From an uncultured virus (IMG/VR IMGVR_UViG_3300021197_000608) (lineage: Duplodnaviria > Heunggongvirae > Uroviricota > Caudoviricetes), in the IMG/VR virus record IMGVR_UViG_3300021197_000608: a stretch of DNA of 64,000 bases, one strand, 5' to 3'. Shown piece by piece: positions 47,054 through 55,668 of this stretch (the first letter of the stretch is position 1; each line of letters starts with the position of its first letter). The position numbers and the translations under genes were made by a program. The notes beneath the pieces were generated by a model, which searched no databases, had not been told where the DNA came from, and saw nothing but the letters and a program-made list of their open reading frames with translations.

Positions 47054-47557
47054 TTACCCTATCATAAATCCGTTAAAATAACTATCTGAGTTTATGGAAA
47101 CTGAACTATCTCCATTACTAACAACTGCTACTTTTATGTGTTCTCCAGCGTCAAGTTGACATGCACCTGATACCGTAGGGTTCAAATATGTAGATTGTAA
47201 ACTACTTAAATTACGACCTATTGTTTTAGACCCTTCCAAAGTAACATATAAGTAACTTCCAGCAAAATTATCAAATCTACCTCCAAAATGAAAGAAATAA
47301 AATCCAGTTAAAGGCGCAACATACTGACCAGTACTAAGATTAAAATTACTTCCACCTTGTTCTTCAAGAGTAGCTGATTGAAAGTAAGTAGACCCAGCTA
47401 GTGTAACACCAGATGAAAAATCAACATTAGCTACTGATTGCAATCTAATATGAAAAGCTGGTTTATTAGGTTGAACAACACGACCAGCAGTATCTATGGT
47501 TAATCCAGTTGTACCGTTAAGATTCTGTAGTTCGTTTACTCTTAATTGTGAACTCAT
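47054..47557 (-). CDS. C1q/TNF-like adhesin (cassette C head 3)
   Basis: GRVVQPNKPAF...FNLSTGQYVAPLTGFYFF...FNGFMIG; paralogue of 35759..36265. Confidence 0.7.
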   Translation of the reverse strand: MSSQLRVNELQNLNGTTGLTIDTAGRVVQPNKPAFHIRLQSVANVDFSSGVTLAGSTYFQSATLEEQGGSNFNLSTGQYVAPLTGFYFFHFGGRFDNFAGSYLYVTLEGSKTIGRNLSSLQSTYLNPTVSGACQLDAGEHIKVAVVSNGDSSVSINSDSYFNGFMIG

Positions 47558-48096
47558 TGTGCAATCTCCTGAACTGTAAAGGTAGATGTTCCACGGACAA
47601 TATAGGCTGCATTATCAGAATTACTTGGTCTATTAAGATGCCATGTATTGGTGCCTGGCCCTCCAGCTGATTGTACTTGCAATTTATAAGTTATAGCGCT
47701 TGCAGTTGCAGGCGAATCTAAAAACTCAATAGCAGTATGTTCTAATTTATACTGGAAGTTATCATTATCCCCACCACACCCAAGTGAAGCATAAGTTTGA
47801 CTGCCAGTTGCTGATGTGGCATTACTGATAAATGTACCACCTCTATACAAGCGTATTCCAGCATAAATGTTTATGACACCACCCCAATTTAGTTGTGCTC
47901 TAATTAATATTTTACTTGTTGCATATTTTGGTGTGATTGTGAGTGTCATTCCAGTAATATCAACAAGAGTAGCGGATGCAGATGAAAACTCACCTGTAAC
48001 AGTTGTTGACTCTGTTTGCAATATGCAACCAGCAGGCAACTTAACATTTCCTGCTGTGGTTTGTCCTTGAATAGTGTCTACTGCTAAAATACTCAT
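47554..48096 (-). CDS. Short adhesin-like protein (cassette C head 2)
   Basis: MSILAVDTIQG...NVKLPAGCILQ...TITPKYATSKILI...DSPAT.SAITYK...QEIAQ. Confidence 0.6.
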   Translation of the reverse strand: MSILAVDTIQGQTTAGNVKLPAGCILQTESTTVTGEFSSASATLVDITGMTLTITPKYATSKILIRAQLNWGGVINIYAGIRLYRGGTFISNATSATGSQTYASLGCGGDNDNFQYKLEHTAIEFLDSPATASAITYKLQVQSAGGPGTNTWHLNRPSNSDNAAYIVRGTSTFTVQEIAQ

Positions 48097-48569
48097 ACTG
48101 AAATCTCCATAACACTCAACATAACATGACGAAAGTAACTATTTGCACCACCAGTGGTTGACAAAACTGATTGAAATGAAAGAACATCTCCTGCTGCGCC
48201 AGTTGTTGTATCTTGAAATTCTGGGTCAGACCGTTCCCAAGATGTACCATCTTTACAATATGCTAATACGTCAGAACCAGAACCGATTCTGTAACCACAC
48301 CTTAATTCCCCAGCAGTTGATGCCCTTGCAGAAGTAAATCCAAGTCTTACTATAAAGAAAGAGTTTGCATCTTTTCTAGTAACACTACAAGTTGCTGTTC
48401 CTCTTGCAGTTGAAGCATTCAAAGTTATACTGGTTTGAGATGTAACATTTGTCATTGTTTGACCAGAAGAAGGCGTATTATATACAACTTGAAGAACATG
48501 GCCAGGAATTACCACATTTGCTGCCGTTGCTCTTCCTACTATATTATCTACTGTTAATGTTGATACCAT
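48093..48569 (-). CDS. Short adhesin-like protein (cassette C head 1)
   Basis: MVSTLTVDNIVG...IPGHVLQVV...MEISV. Confidence 0.6.
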   Translation of the reverse strand: MVSTLTVDNIVGRATAANVVIPGHVLQVVYNTPSSGQTMTNVTSQTSITLNASTARGTATCSVTRKDANSFFIVRLGFTSARASTAGELRCGYRIGSGSDVLAYCKDGTSWERSDPEFQDTTTGAAGDVLSFQSVLSTTGGANSYFRHVMLSVMEISV

Positions 48570-48581
48570 TATTTAATTCTC

Positions 48582-49103
48582 CTACGATATAGTCAAGTTG
48601 CCAGTAACAGTAAGTATAATACTATTTGCGATTGTTAGTGGGCCGGCTGCATATGAATTATCATTTGCTGCAATTGTTGTATTAGTACTTAGGGTTGCAG
48701 AATGTGTTCTAAAGATATCATCTTTACCACTGAAGTCTGCACCTCTGTCAAAATTATTTCCTTGAAAGTAACCACCTATAGCAGTCTGTGCAGCTGCACT
48801 TGCACCCACAACTGTTCCGTCTGTGGGTTTACCAATATCGAAGACTTCTCCAAGTGCCATGATGAAGTCAATACTATCTGAACTTGCCAGTGCAGATACG
48901 AATACGATTGTATTATTTGCTACAGTAAAAGAATCTTGTGGAGCCTGAATAACACCGTTAAGTGATACTATCAAATGATTTGCACTCTGTGGAGAATATG
49001 CAACACCACCCAACAACAAGTTATACGTTGCAGTAGCAGATGTTGTGATAGCATCCAACTTGTGGTACGCTCCTGATTGTGGTTGTGAACCTATAAATGG
49101 CAT
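48582..49103 (-). CDS. Two-domain hub protein of cassette C
   Basis: N-terminal MPFIGSQP plus a VSLNGVIQ beta repeat; C-terminal GYFQG...DIFR...TTIAANDNSYAAGPLTI...LTVTGNLTIS. Confidence 0.6.
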   Translation of the reverse strand: MPFIGSQPQSGAYHKLDAITTSATATYNLLLGGVAYSPQSANHLIVSLNGVIQAPQDSFTVANNTIVFVSALASSDSIDFIMALGEVFDIGKPTDGTVVGASAAAQTAIGGYFQGNNFDRGADFSGKDDIFRTHSATLSTNTTIAANDNSYAAGPLTIANSIILTVTGNLTIS

Positions 49104-49127
49104 TATTTACTTTCCTCTTTCACTTAT

Positions 49128-49301
49128 TTAGTCTGCGTCTTCAATAGTTAATTCGCCTGCATCAACTTGTTTTAGAATTTCTGCATAGTGTATGTTGTTA
49201 GCGTCTAGTGGTACTGACATATCTACACCATCAATATTTGCATTGATAGATAAGTGTGTATCATCAAAACTATCGTTATACTTTGCATTTTTAATAATCA
49301 T
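49128..49301 (-). CDS. 57-aa partner protein, absent from the ORF track (paralogue 2 of 3)
   Basis: MIIKNAKY...IDGVDMSVPLDANNIHYAEILKQVDAGELTIEDAD. Confidence 0.8.
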   Translation of the reverse strand: MIIKNAKYNDSFDDTHLSINANIDGVDMSVPLDANNIHYAEILKQVDAGELTIEDAD

Positions 49302-49303
49302 TT

Positions 49304-50413
49304 TTACATCTCCGCATCGAATAGTAATTTTGCATCATCACCACGAATCCCTAGCATAGAGCCTCTTCTACCATCTGTTCCGAAGCTTCCGTTTGATGCA
49401 ACTGTCCATGCTAACTTACATCCCTCAGTTCCAGCCTCATTAAGGGATACCGAAGAAGCCGCATTCCACGCCGTTTGTGGAATTAATGCATAAAATTGAC
49501 CTATTGGTGTCGCAGTAACACTAGGTGTTACTCTCATTGGTGTTGGAAACTTAGTAAAAGTTTCAACAATAGTTGAACTGCCCCAATATCCCATACCTAT
49601 ATTTTGATTAGAACTAGACCCTTCACGAGTAAGAACATGACAATATCTTTTACAAAGTTGTAGTTCTTCACCATGTGATCGGTGTTCAAAATCTGTGGCA
49701 GTATCGCCAATTTCTAATTGGACGCCTGTGAGTTGGAATGTTGAACCATTAGTTGCAGCCAAATTAACTTGGTCAGATTTAGCCATAGCAAATGAACCGA
49801 TCCAAGCATCAATAGTATTTGATTGATAACTTGTACCAGTTCCAAGTGACCACATTATATACATGCCAACGGCATTTGTATTTACCCAAGTTCCAGCGGT
49901 ATCAGGAGTTATTGTAATAGTCTTCTTTTCCCAAGTATTAGCAGAACTTATAGTATAACCTTTAAGTTGTGATCTATTAGCAGCACCATTAAATATAGAG
50001 AAATAATACTGGCCAGTAACACTTGATTTTACATGGAATGATAGTGTAAGAGTTTTAGCATTAGCAGAACCAAAATTGAGATGAGCTATATCTTTTCCTT
50101 CTATTCCTTGTATTATTCTATGAAATTCAGTTCCAGCAAGAGATGCGTCAGCAGTCGTTACCGTCAACTTTATAGAATGTGCAAATCCAGCTGGTGCATC
50201 AGAAACTGTTTGAGCAGTCATCGCCGATGAACTGTTCTCATTAATCCTAAAACGGTCTGCAATATAACCAGTTATTGAGTTTCCATTTACTACTGTAAAA
50301 GAAGATCCGTTATGGCGTTGGTCTACTTGCATAGCACCATTATGAACTATATTCCTACGACCACCAACTTGTGATACATTCAAAAAATTTGGATTTACTT
50401 TACTGAGCGCCAT
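49304..50413 (-). CDS. Lectin/beta-sandwich-like putative receptor-binding protein (paralogue 2 of 3)
   Basis: RNIVHNGAMQVDQR...ADRF...QGIEG...TGVQLEIG..ATDFEHR...FDAEM. Confidence 0.65.
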   Translation of the reverse strand: MALSKVNPNFLNVSQVGGRRNIVHNGAMQVDQRHNGSSFTVVNGNSITGYIADRFRINENSSSAMTAQTVSDAPAGFAHSIKLTVTTADASLAGTEFHRIIQGIEGKDIAHLNFGSANAKTLTLSFHVKSSVTGQYYFSIFNGAANRSQLKGYTISSANTWEKKTITITPDTAGTWVNTNAVGMYIMWSLGTGTSYQSNTIDAWIGSFAMAKSDQVNLAATNGSTFQLTGVQLEIGDTATDFEHRSHGEELQLCKRYCHVLTREGSSSNQNIGMGYWGSSTIVETFTKFPTPMRVTPSVTATPIGQFYALIPQTAWNAASSVSLNEAGTEGCKLAWTVASNGSFGTDGRRGSMLGIRGDDAKLLFDAEM

Positions 50414-50471
50414 TAGATTAATTTCCTACTTGTATTTCTTGATCTATTTAGTAGTTGTCTATTATTTGTTA

Positions 50472-50819
50472 TTACTCTTCTTCTTTCCATTCTTTATTCT
50501 CTTCATCCCAATCATAATCTTTTCCGTCAGTTGGATATGCCTTAGGAGACACCCAAATACATTTATCTTCATTTAAAGTCCAACTTGGATATGGTTTTGG
50601 GGGAATAAATGCATCTCTAGTTGAATCATATGTACCACCAATTATGGCATAGTTTTTTCTTAAAGGAGTACCACCATCTGAATGCACACCTTCTTTTGTA
50701 TTGTATGAAGTTTGAATCCATTCGCCTGGAGAGTCATCAATAAAAGTATCCATAAATTCTTTTTCTGCTACTATAACATTTGTTACTGTTCCGTTAAGTA
50801 CTTTTGCGTAATGTGCCAT
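50472..50819 (-). CDS. Partner protein of the glycine-rich adhesin
   Basis: MAHYAKV...WIQTSYN...RKNYA.IG.TYD..RDAFIPPKPYPSW; directly follows the Gly-rich gene. Confidence 0.65.
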   Translation of the reverse strand: MAHYAKVLNGTVTNVIVAEKEFMDTFIDDSPGEWIQTSYNTKEGVHSDGGTPLRKNYAIIGGTYDSTRDAFIPPKPYPSWTLNEDKCIWVSPKAYPTDGKDYDWDEENKEWKEEE

Positions 50820-50830
50820 AATAAATCCTC

Positions 50831-52117
50831 CTAAGTTAGATACCTAATAACAACGACACCAGAACCACCGTTAGCTCCAACAAATGGTGTACCGCCGTTA
50901 CGACCACCACCGCCGCCTCCACCGCCTCTATTTGCGGCTCCTGCTGTGGATACAGTTGAATTATCTACACCACCATTACCACCGCCACTAGCACCAGAAC
51001 CAGCAGCTGAGCCATCACGACTTCCACCACCGCCGCCACCAGCATAGGCAACTGAACTTCCACTATAAGCGAGTGTTAAACCACCACCACCATTACCACC
51101 AATTGCGTTAGAGCCTGGTGTTTGACCAACGGCACCTTTACCGCCGCCGCCACCGCCACCAGTTGCACCAGAAGAACCACCACCAGCATTACCTTGACCA
51201 GACGTTCCAGAACCACCACCTTGGCCGTCTGAACCACCACCTCCAGAACCGCCGGCAGCTCCAGATTTTGCTTCACCACCACCGTAACCACCACCAGTAC
51301 AAGTTTGGATTGAGCCAAGAGCAGTGTTTCCACCTGATACTCCATTAGCAGCGTCAACAGTAGCACCAGCACCACCAGCACCGATTGTTATTGTGTAAGT
51401 TCCTGCTGATATACTTTGATTGGTTGCGTTGACCATTCCACCGCCTCCGCCTCCACCAGCTCTTCTAGAACCACCGCCGCCGCCACCAGCGACAACTAGA
51501 TAATCGACACCAGTTAGAGAACCACCATCAACTACAAAAGTTCCAGATGATGTAAATGTATGAATAGTGTAACCACCAGAGGTAGTTACTGTGCCTCCAG
51601 TGGCTGATATAACATTAGATAGCGATCTCCATTGAGCATTTCTATATTCTTCTGTAAGATCAAGAGTTGAATTATATCTAAGCATTCCATCTGCTGGACT
51701 GTTTGGACGTTGTGCAGTTGTTCCTTTTGGTAAACCAATAAATCCAGTAGAAACATTTACTGAATCTGATATTGCATCAGCTGTGATATTTACTTTTGCA
51801 TCCGTTACTGCATTAGCTTGAATCTTTGTAGTACTAATAGTGTCATCGGCAGGAACTACTGAATTTTCTTCTAGTTGTTTGAATACGACATAGAAGTTAA
51901 TTCCAGATGCTGGTGCAGCAGACATAGTAAGAGTTGTTCCACTAACGGTATAAGCATCTGTAGGTTCTTGGCGAACATTACCTAAGAATACTTCAATATC
52001 GTTTGCTGAAGCAACTGCACTACTTAATGTGAATGCTGTTGTACTTCCGTTTGCAGTAAAGTCTTGTTTAGTTCTTGAAGAGAAACTAGCGTTTGGTGTA
52101 CTTCCAAGATATGGCAT
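50831..52117 (-). CDS. Modular fibre protein with glycine-rich C-terminal domain
   Basis: MPYLGSTP; FTANGSTTAFTL beta repeat; PKGTTAQRP motif; HTFTSSGTF...YLVVAGGGGGG...GGSGVVVIRY. Confidence 0.75.
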   Translation of the reverse strand: MPYLGSTPNASFSSRTKQDFTANGSTTAFTLSSAVASANDIEVFLGNVRQEPTDAYTVSGTTLTMSAAPASGINFYVVFKQLEENSVVPADDTISTTKIQANAVTDAKVNITADAISDSVNVSTGFIGLPKGTTAQRPNSPADGMLRYNSTLDLTEEYRNAQWRSLSNVISATGGTVTTSGGYTIHTFTSSGTFVVDGGSLTGVDYLVVAGGGGGGSRRAGGGGGGGMVNATNQSISAGTYTITIGAGGAGATVDAANGVSGGNTALGSIQTCTGGGYGGGEAKSGAAGGSGGGGSDGQGGGSGTSGQGNAGGGSSGATGGGGGGGKGAVGQTPGSNAIGGNGGGGLTLAYSGSSVAYAGGGGGGSRDGSAAGSGASGGGNGGVDNSTVSTAGAANRGGGGGGGGRNGGTPFVGANGGSGVVVIRYLT

Positions 52118-52127
52118 AGATTAGTCC

Positions 52128-52466
52128 TTATGTTTTTTCCATAATTCCCATTACGACATCAAGTGAGGAAGCTGTTCCTGCCTTGACTTTGAGAATATCA
52201 GTTGCTTCCAGAATATATTTCTGTCCAGCAAGTGTTTCCAATGTAGTATTCGCTGGAATACTAACATTCTCTAATAGTTGATGTGTTGTAGCTGGACTAG
52301 CAGAAGAATCAGTAAATTGAACTTGAACAGTTGCGGCCGCTGTTGTCTTATTAGCGATGGCAAGTCCTAGAACAACTACTTGAGTACTTGCTGGTGCAGT
52401 ATACAATGTATCATAAGCAGCATGATTTACGTTAGCAAGAGCTGCATTTTTGAAAGTGTTCGCCAT
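52128..52466 (-). CDS. Small adaptor-like structural protein (MAN.FKN family)
   Basis: MANTFKN...LYT...IAN...IP...L...GQK.IL...D.L.V; paralogue of 55288..55635. Confidence 0.65.
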   Translation of the reverse strand: MANTFKNAALANVNHAAYDTLYTAPASTQVVVLGLAIANKTTAAATVQVQFTDSSASPATTHQLLENVSIPANTTLETLAGQKYILEATDILKVKAGTASSLDVVMGIMEKT

Positions 52467-52481
52467 TTTATTTTCCTATGT

Positions 52482-53084
52482 TTATCCTAAAGCAATTGCA
52501 AGAGCAGTTGCGTCATCCTCTGGGTCAAAGTTCAACTTAGCACGAGTAACTGCTCCATTAGCAACAGTATTTAGGGTGTTAGTTCCATTTAATTGTATAA
52601 CTTGAATATTCTTTGTTCCTGCTGTTGGAGCGCCTGTAAATGTAATTGTATCTCCTGATACTGTGTATGCATATGAAGAACCATATCTTTGATATACGTT
52701 ATCAACAAACACAGCAAAGTTAGCAGCAGTTGCAACAGGCGTTCTTGTTAGAGTAAATGCAACCGTAGAACCATCACCATTAAAATCGTCAATATGTGTA
52801 TTTGAATTAGCAGGTTTTGCAGTAACAAGTTCATTACCCATAAAGACAATAGAAACCCTATCCGTATTTGGTATTGCCTCAGAAAATGTAATCTGAGGTT
52901 GTCCTGATATATTACTTGTAGTATATGAGTATTCTGGTTCTTGAACAATACCATTCAACACCACCAACAAAGAAGAAGGTGGTGCCATAAAATCAAGATT
53001 AAAGGTAGTAGCAGTGCCATTACCTAATATAACTTGTCTATCAAATACACCATAGGAAGGTGTTGCTCCAATATAATCTGACAT
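52482..53084 (-). CDS. Structural protein with two beta repeats and an AIALG C-terminus
   Basis: MSDYIGATP; GNGTATTFNL and GDGSTVAFTL repeats; C-terminal ATALAIALG. Confidence 0.65.
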   Translation of the reverse strand: MSDYIGATPSYGVFDRQVILGNGTATTFNLDFMAPPSSLLVVLNGIVQEPEYSYTTSNISGQPQITFSEAIPNTDRVSIVFMGNELVTAKPANSNTHIDDFNGDGSTVAFTLTRTPVATAANFAVFVDNVYQRYGSSYAYTVSGDTITFTGAPTAGTKNIQVIQLNGTNTLNTVANGAVTRAKLNFDPEDDATALAIALG

Positions 53085-53106
53085 TATTGTTTTCCTCTAG
53101 TCATAT

Positions 53107-53280
53107 TTAGTCTGCGTCTGCAATGGTTAAAGTGCCTGCTTTAACTTGTCTTTGAATTTCTGCATAATCAGTATTGTCTGGGTCTAGAGGAACGCATATT
53201 CTTTCACCATCAATAATAGCTACTATTGCATCATTAGTTCCCTCTATCATACTTGTATATTGCGCTGATGTAATATTCAT
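53107..53280 (-). CDS. 57-aa partner protein, absent from the ORF track (paralogue 3 of 3)
   Basis: MNITSAQY...IDGERICVPLDPDNTDYAEIQRQVKAGTLTIADAD; GAGG RBS. Confidence 0.8.
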   Translation of the reverse strand: MNITSAQYTSMIEGTNDAIVAIIDGERICVPLDPDNTDYAEIQRQVKAGTLTIADAD

Positions 53281-53289
53281 TTTTTACCT

Positions 53290-54468
53290 CTATAATTCTG
53301 CATTAAAAGCCACACTTGCAGATGCATGATTACAAAGGTTTCTCATGCCAGTTCCAGCGGTTACGTTTACCGTAGGTGTTCCGTATAATGTTGCATTTTG
53401 AGTGTTAAACGCAAAAGCGTTCCATGCATTAGTCATGTTAGTACTAGTAGCACCTCCGTATGCTAAATAATAATTACTTCCAGAAGTTGCAACTAATGAA
53501 GGAGTGGCCCTCATGGTTTCTGGAAACTTAATATTGCAATTTAATTGCGTTGCTACATACATATCTCCTCCACCCATAAAGGAAGTTGTGCCACTGGCGT
53601 GGTGATAATAATACCTATGACAGGCCGAAAGATGGTCATTGATGGAACGGTGTTCAAATGGTGTCGCTGCACTGCCAGTTTCCAATTGGATGCCTGTGAT
53701 TTCCCAATCATTACTTGTACTATCTGCAAAGTTTACTTGTCCAGTTGCAGACCCAGCATCAACAGAACTTGCCCATGAAGTATATAAACTTCCAGTATTT
53801 GTATCTGCACCAGCAACTAAATTAAAAAATAATTCTAAAGAACTAGCATTATCATTATCTAATTTACCAGATGCATCTGCTGGAAAAGTGATACTATATC
53901 TGGCCCAGTTTGCATTTGCAACTGTATAAGAACCATTAACCTTTCTGGTATTATCTCTATCAAATATTGAAACAGTATATACACCAGTTTTATTTGTTTT
54001 CACATAAAAAGATAAAGTCATTGGTAAAGCATCAGAACCATGTCCTTTTGCAAATCTTTGACATTCTTGACCTTCAAGTTTAGTTACGATATATACTTGT
54101 TCGTTGGCTGCAAGAGAGGTGTCTGCTGTTGTACAGTCCATCTTTAATGATTTAGAAAACCCTGCTAAATCTGTTACATTGTTTTGAGAACAAGTATATG
54201 TACTTCCAGTATTTTGTTTATATACTGCAAACCTATCTAAAACATATTGATTACCAACATTGGATGATGAGGTTTGTCTTTGAGATATCACCATTTCGCC
54301 ATTGACAATAACATTTTTTCCACCACCACCGATACCAGCTGTTTTTGCTGGTGTGATTGCACCATCAGCAATCTTTGCAGTTGTTACTGCATCATTAGCA
54401 ATATCAGTTGCAGTAAGAGTTACATCACTATTTAAAAGTTCAGCAAGATTTTTTGAATTACTAGCCAT
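53290..54468 (-). CDS. Lectin/beta-sandwich-like putative receptor-binding protein (paralogue 3 of 3)
   Basis: KNVIVNGEMVISQR...LDRF...KLEG...TGIQLETG..ATPFEHR...FNAEL. Confidence 0.65.
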   Translation of the reverse strand: MASNSKNLAELLNSDVTLTATDIANDAVTTAKIADGAITPAKTAGIGGGGKNVIVNGEMVISQRQTSSSNVGNQYVLDRFAVYKQNTGSTYTCSQNNVTDLAGFSKSLKMDCTTADTSLAANEQVYIVTKLEGQECQRFAKGHGSDALPMTLSFYVKTNKTGVYTVSIFDRDNTRKVNGSYTVANANWARYSITFPADASGKLDNDNASSLELFFNLVAGADTNTGSLYTSWASSVDAGSATGQVNFADSTSNDWEITGIQLETGSAATPFEHRSINDHLSACHRYYYHHASGTTSFMGGGDMYVATQLNCNIKFPETMRATPSLVATSGSNYYLAYGGATSTNMTNAWNAFAFNTQNATLYGTPTVNVTAGTGMRNLCNHASASVAFNAEL

Positions 54469-55277
54469 TAGATTTGATACCTCGCCATAATTTCTGAAAG
54501 AGCAACTGGAGCAAATGTTAGTGTAAGTGTCACACCACTAATTGAATAGTCACTAGTTGGTTTAAGAGCAATACCGTTATAGAAAATAAATGCACTATTG
54601 GTTGTTGCACCAGCAGTACCTAAAGTAAATGCCACTGTAGAACCATCACCAGTGAATGTGTCGTACTGAAAGTCTGTACTTCTACGAGCAATTGATCTGA
54701 TTGTTAAATGTTTTGTTTCAATCTCTGCAGCAGCTTCTGGTGCTGTTGTGAATGTTAATGTTGTACCAGAGAGACTATAGTTTGTTGTTGCCTTCTGAAG
54801 AATACCATCAACGAAAACCATAATACCAGCTACGTTTGCTGGTTCTTCCGAAAGAGTAAATGCAACCGTAGAACCATCACCAGTAGCAACATCTGTTGTA
54901 AAACTTTTTAAGTTTGCAGCAAGTTCGTTTACACCAACAGAACCAGCTGGTGGTTTAATGTTGATTGTTCCAACACCTCTGTGTATCATGTAAATCGAAC
55001 CACTAGATGGTATTGCACCAGCGAATTTTAAAATCTTTGGATTACCATCTGCGTCATTGTGAATTGTATATGCAACATCTGGTTCTTGTACCACGTTATC
55101 TAGAACTACATGTATGTTTTCTGTATTTCCACCAGGCACTTCTATTGATAATGCTACTGCATTAGTATGAGCAACACCACTAACTGTAATGGTACTCAAG
55201 TTAGAACCTAGAAAATCTTCTTTTAGGAACGCTGGGGATACTTTATTTAAGTGTGGTACACCAATATAGTTAGACAT
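54468..55277 (-). CDS. Structural protein with three beta repeats
   Basis: MSNYIGVP; VVLDNVVQEP repeat and two GDGSTVAFTL repeats. Confidence 0.65.
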   Translation of the reverse strand: MSNYIGVPHLNKVSPAFLKEDFLGSNLSTITVSGVAHTNAVALSIEVPGGNTENIHVVLDNVVQEPDVAYTIHNDADGNPKILKFAGAIPSSGSIYMIHRGVGTINIKPPAGSVGVNELAANLKSFTTDVATGDGSTVAFTLSEEPANVAGIMVFVDGILQKATTNYSLSGTTLTFTTAPEAAAEIETKHLTIRSIARRSTDFQYDTFTGDGSTVAFTLGTAGATTNSAFIFYNGIALKPTSDYSISGVTLTLTFAPVALSEIMARYQI

Positions 55278-55287
55278 ATTTTACCCC

Positions 55288-55635
55288 TTATGTTACATCT
55301 TGTAGAATTGATGCAACAACATCTACAGTTGCAGCCGAAGCATATACTTGCACTTTATCGTTTCCGTTTAAAACAACCTTCTGTCCTGATACTACTTTCA
55401 ACGCCGAACCAACTGGTACTGGTGCATTCTTAACAATGTGGAAACTAGCTGACGCACTACTATCCCTTACTAAGACTGTTACCGTTACAGCAGAAGTTCC
55501 TGTGTTTGCAATATCAAGTTCAATAAGAATTGAATTAACGGCAGATGAACCATCATTAGCAGTATAAACATCAGTCGGCGAACTAGAATTAGTACTGATA
55601 CCTGTTGCAAAAGCATTTTTAAAATTGTTTGCCAT
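55288..55635 (-). CDS. Small adaptor-like structural protein (MAN.FKN family)
   Basis: MANNFKN...VYT...IAN...VP...L...GQKVVL...D.V.V; TATAAATA at 55657-55664 upstream. Confidence 0.65.
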   Translation of the reverse strand: MANNFKNAFATGISTNSSSPTDVYTANDGSSAVNSILIELDIANTGTSAVTVTVLVRDSSASASFHIVKNAPVPVGSALKVVSGQKVVLNGNDKVQVYASAATVDVVASILQDVT

Positions 55636-55668
55636 TCTATTCTTTTCCTTTTATTTTATTTATAACGA

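Larger units (their letters stand above)
52750..54882. repeat. 30-bp exact direct repeat (52750-52779 and 54853-54882) in two different fibre genes
   Basis: AGAGTAAATGCAACCGTAGAACCATCACCA, encoding GDGSTVAFTL; a degenerate third copy lies near 54623-54651. Confidence 0.85.
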
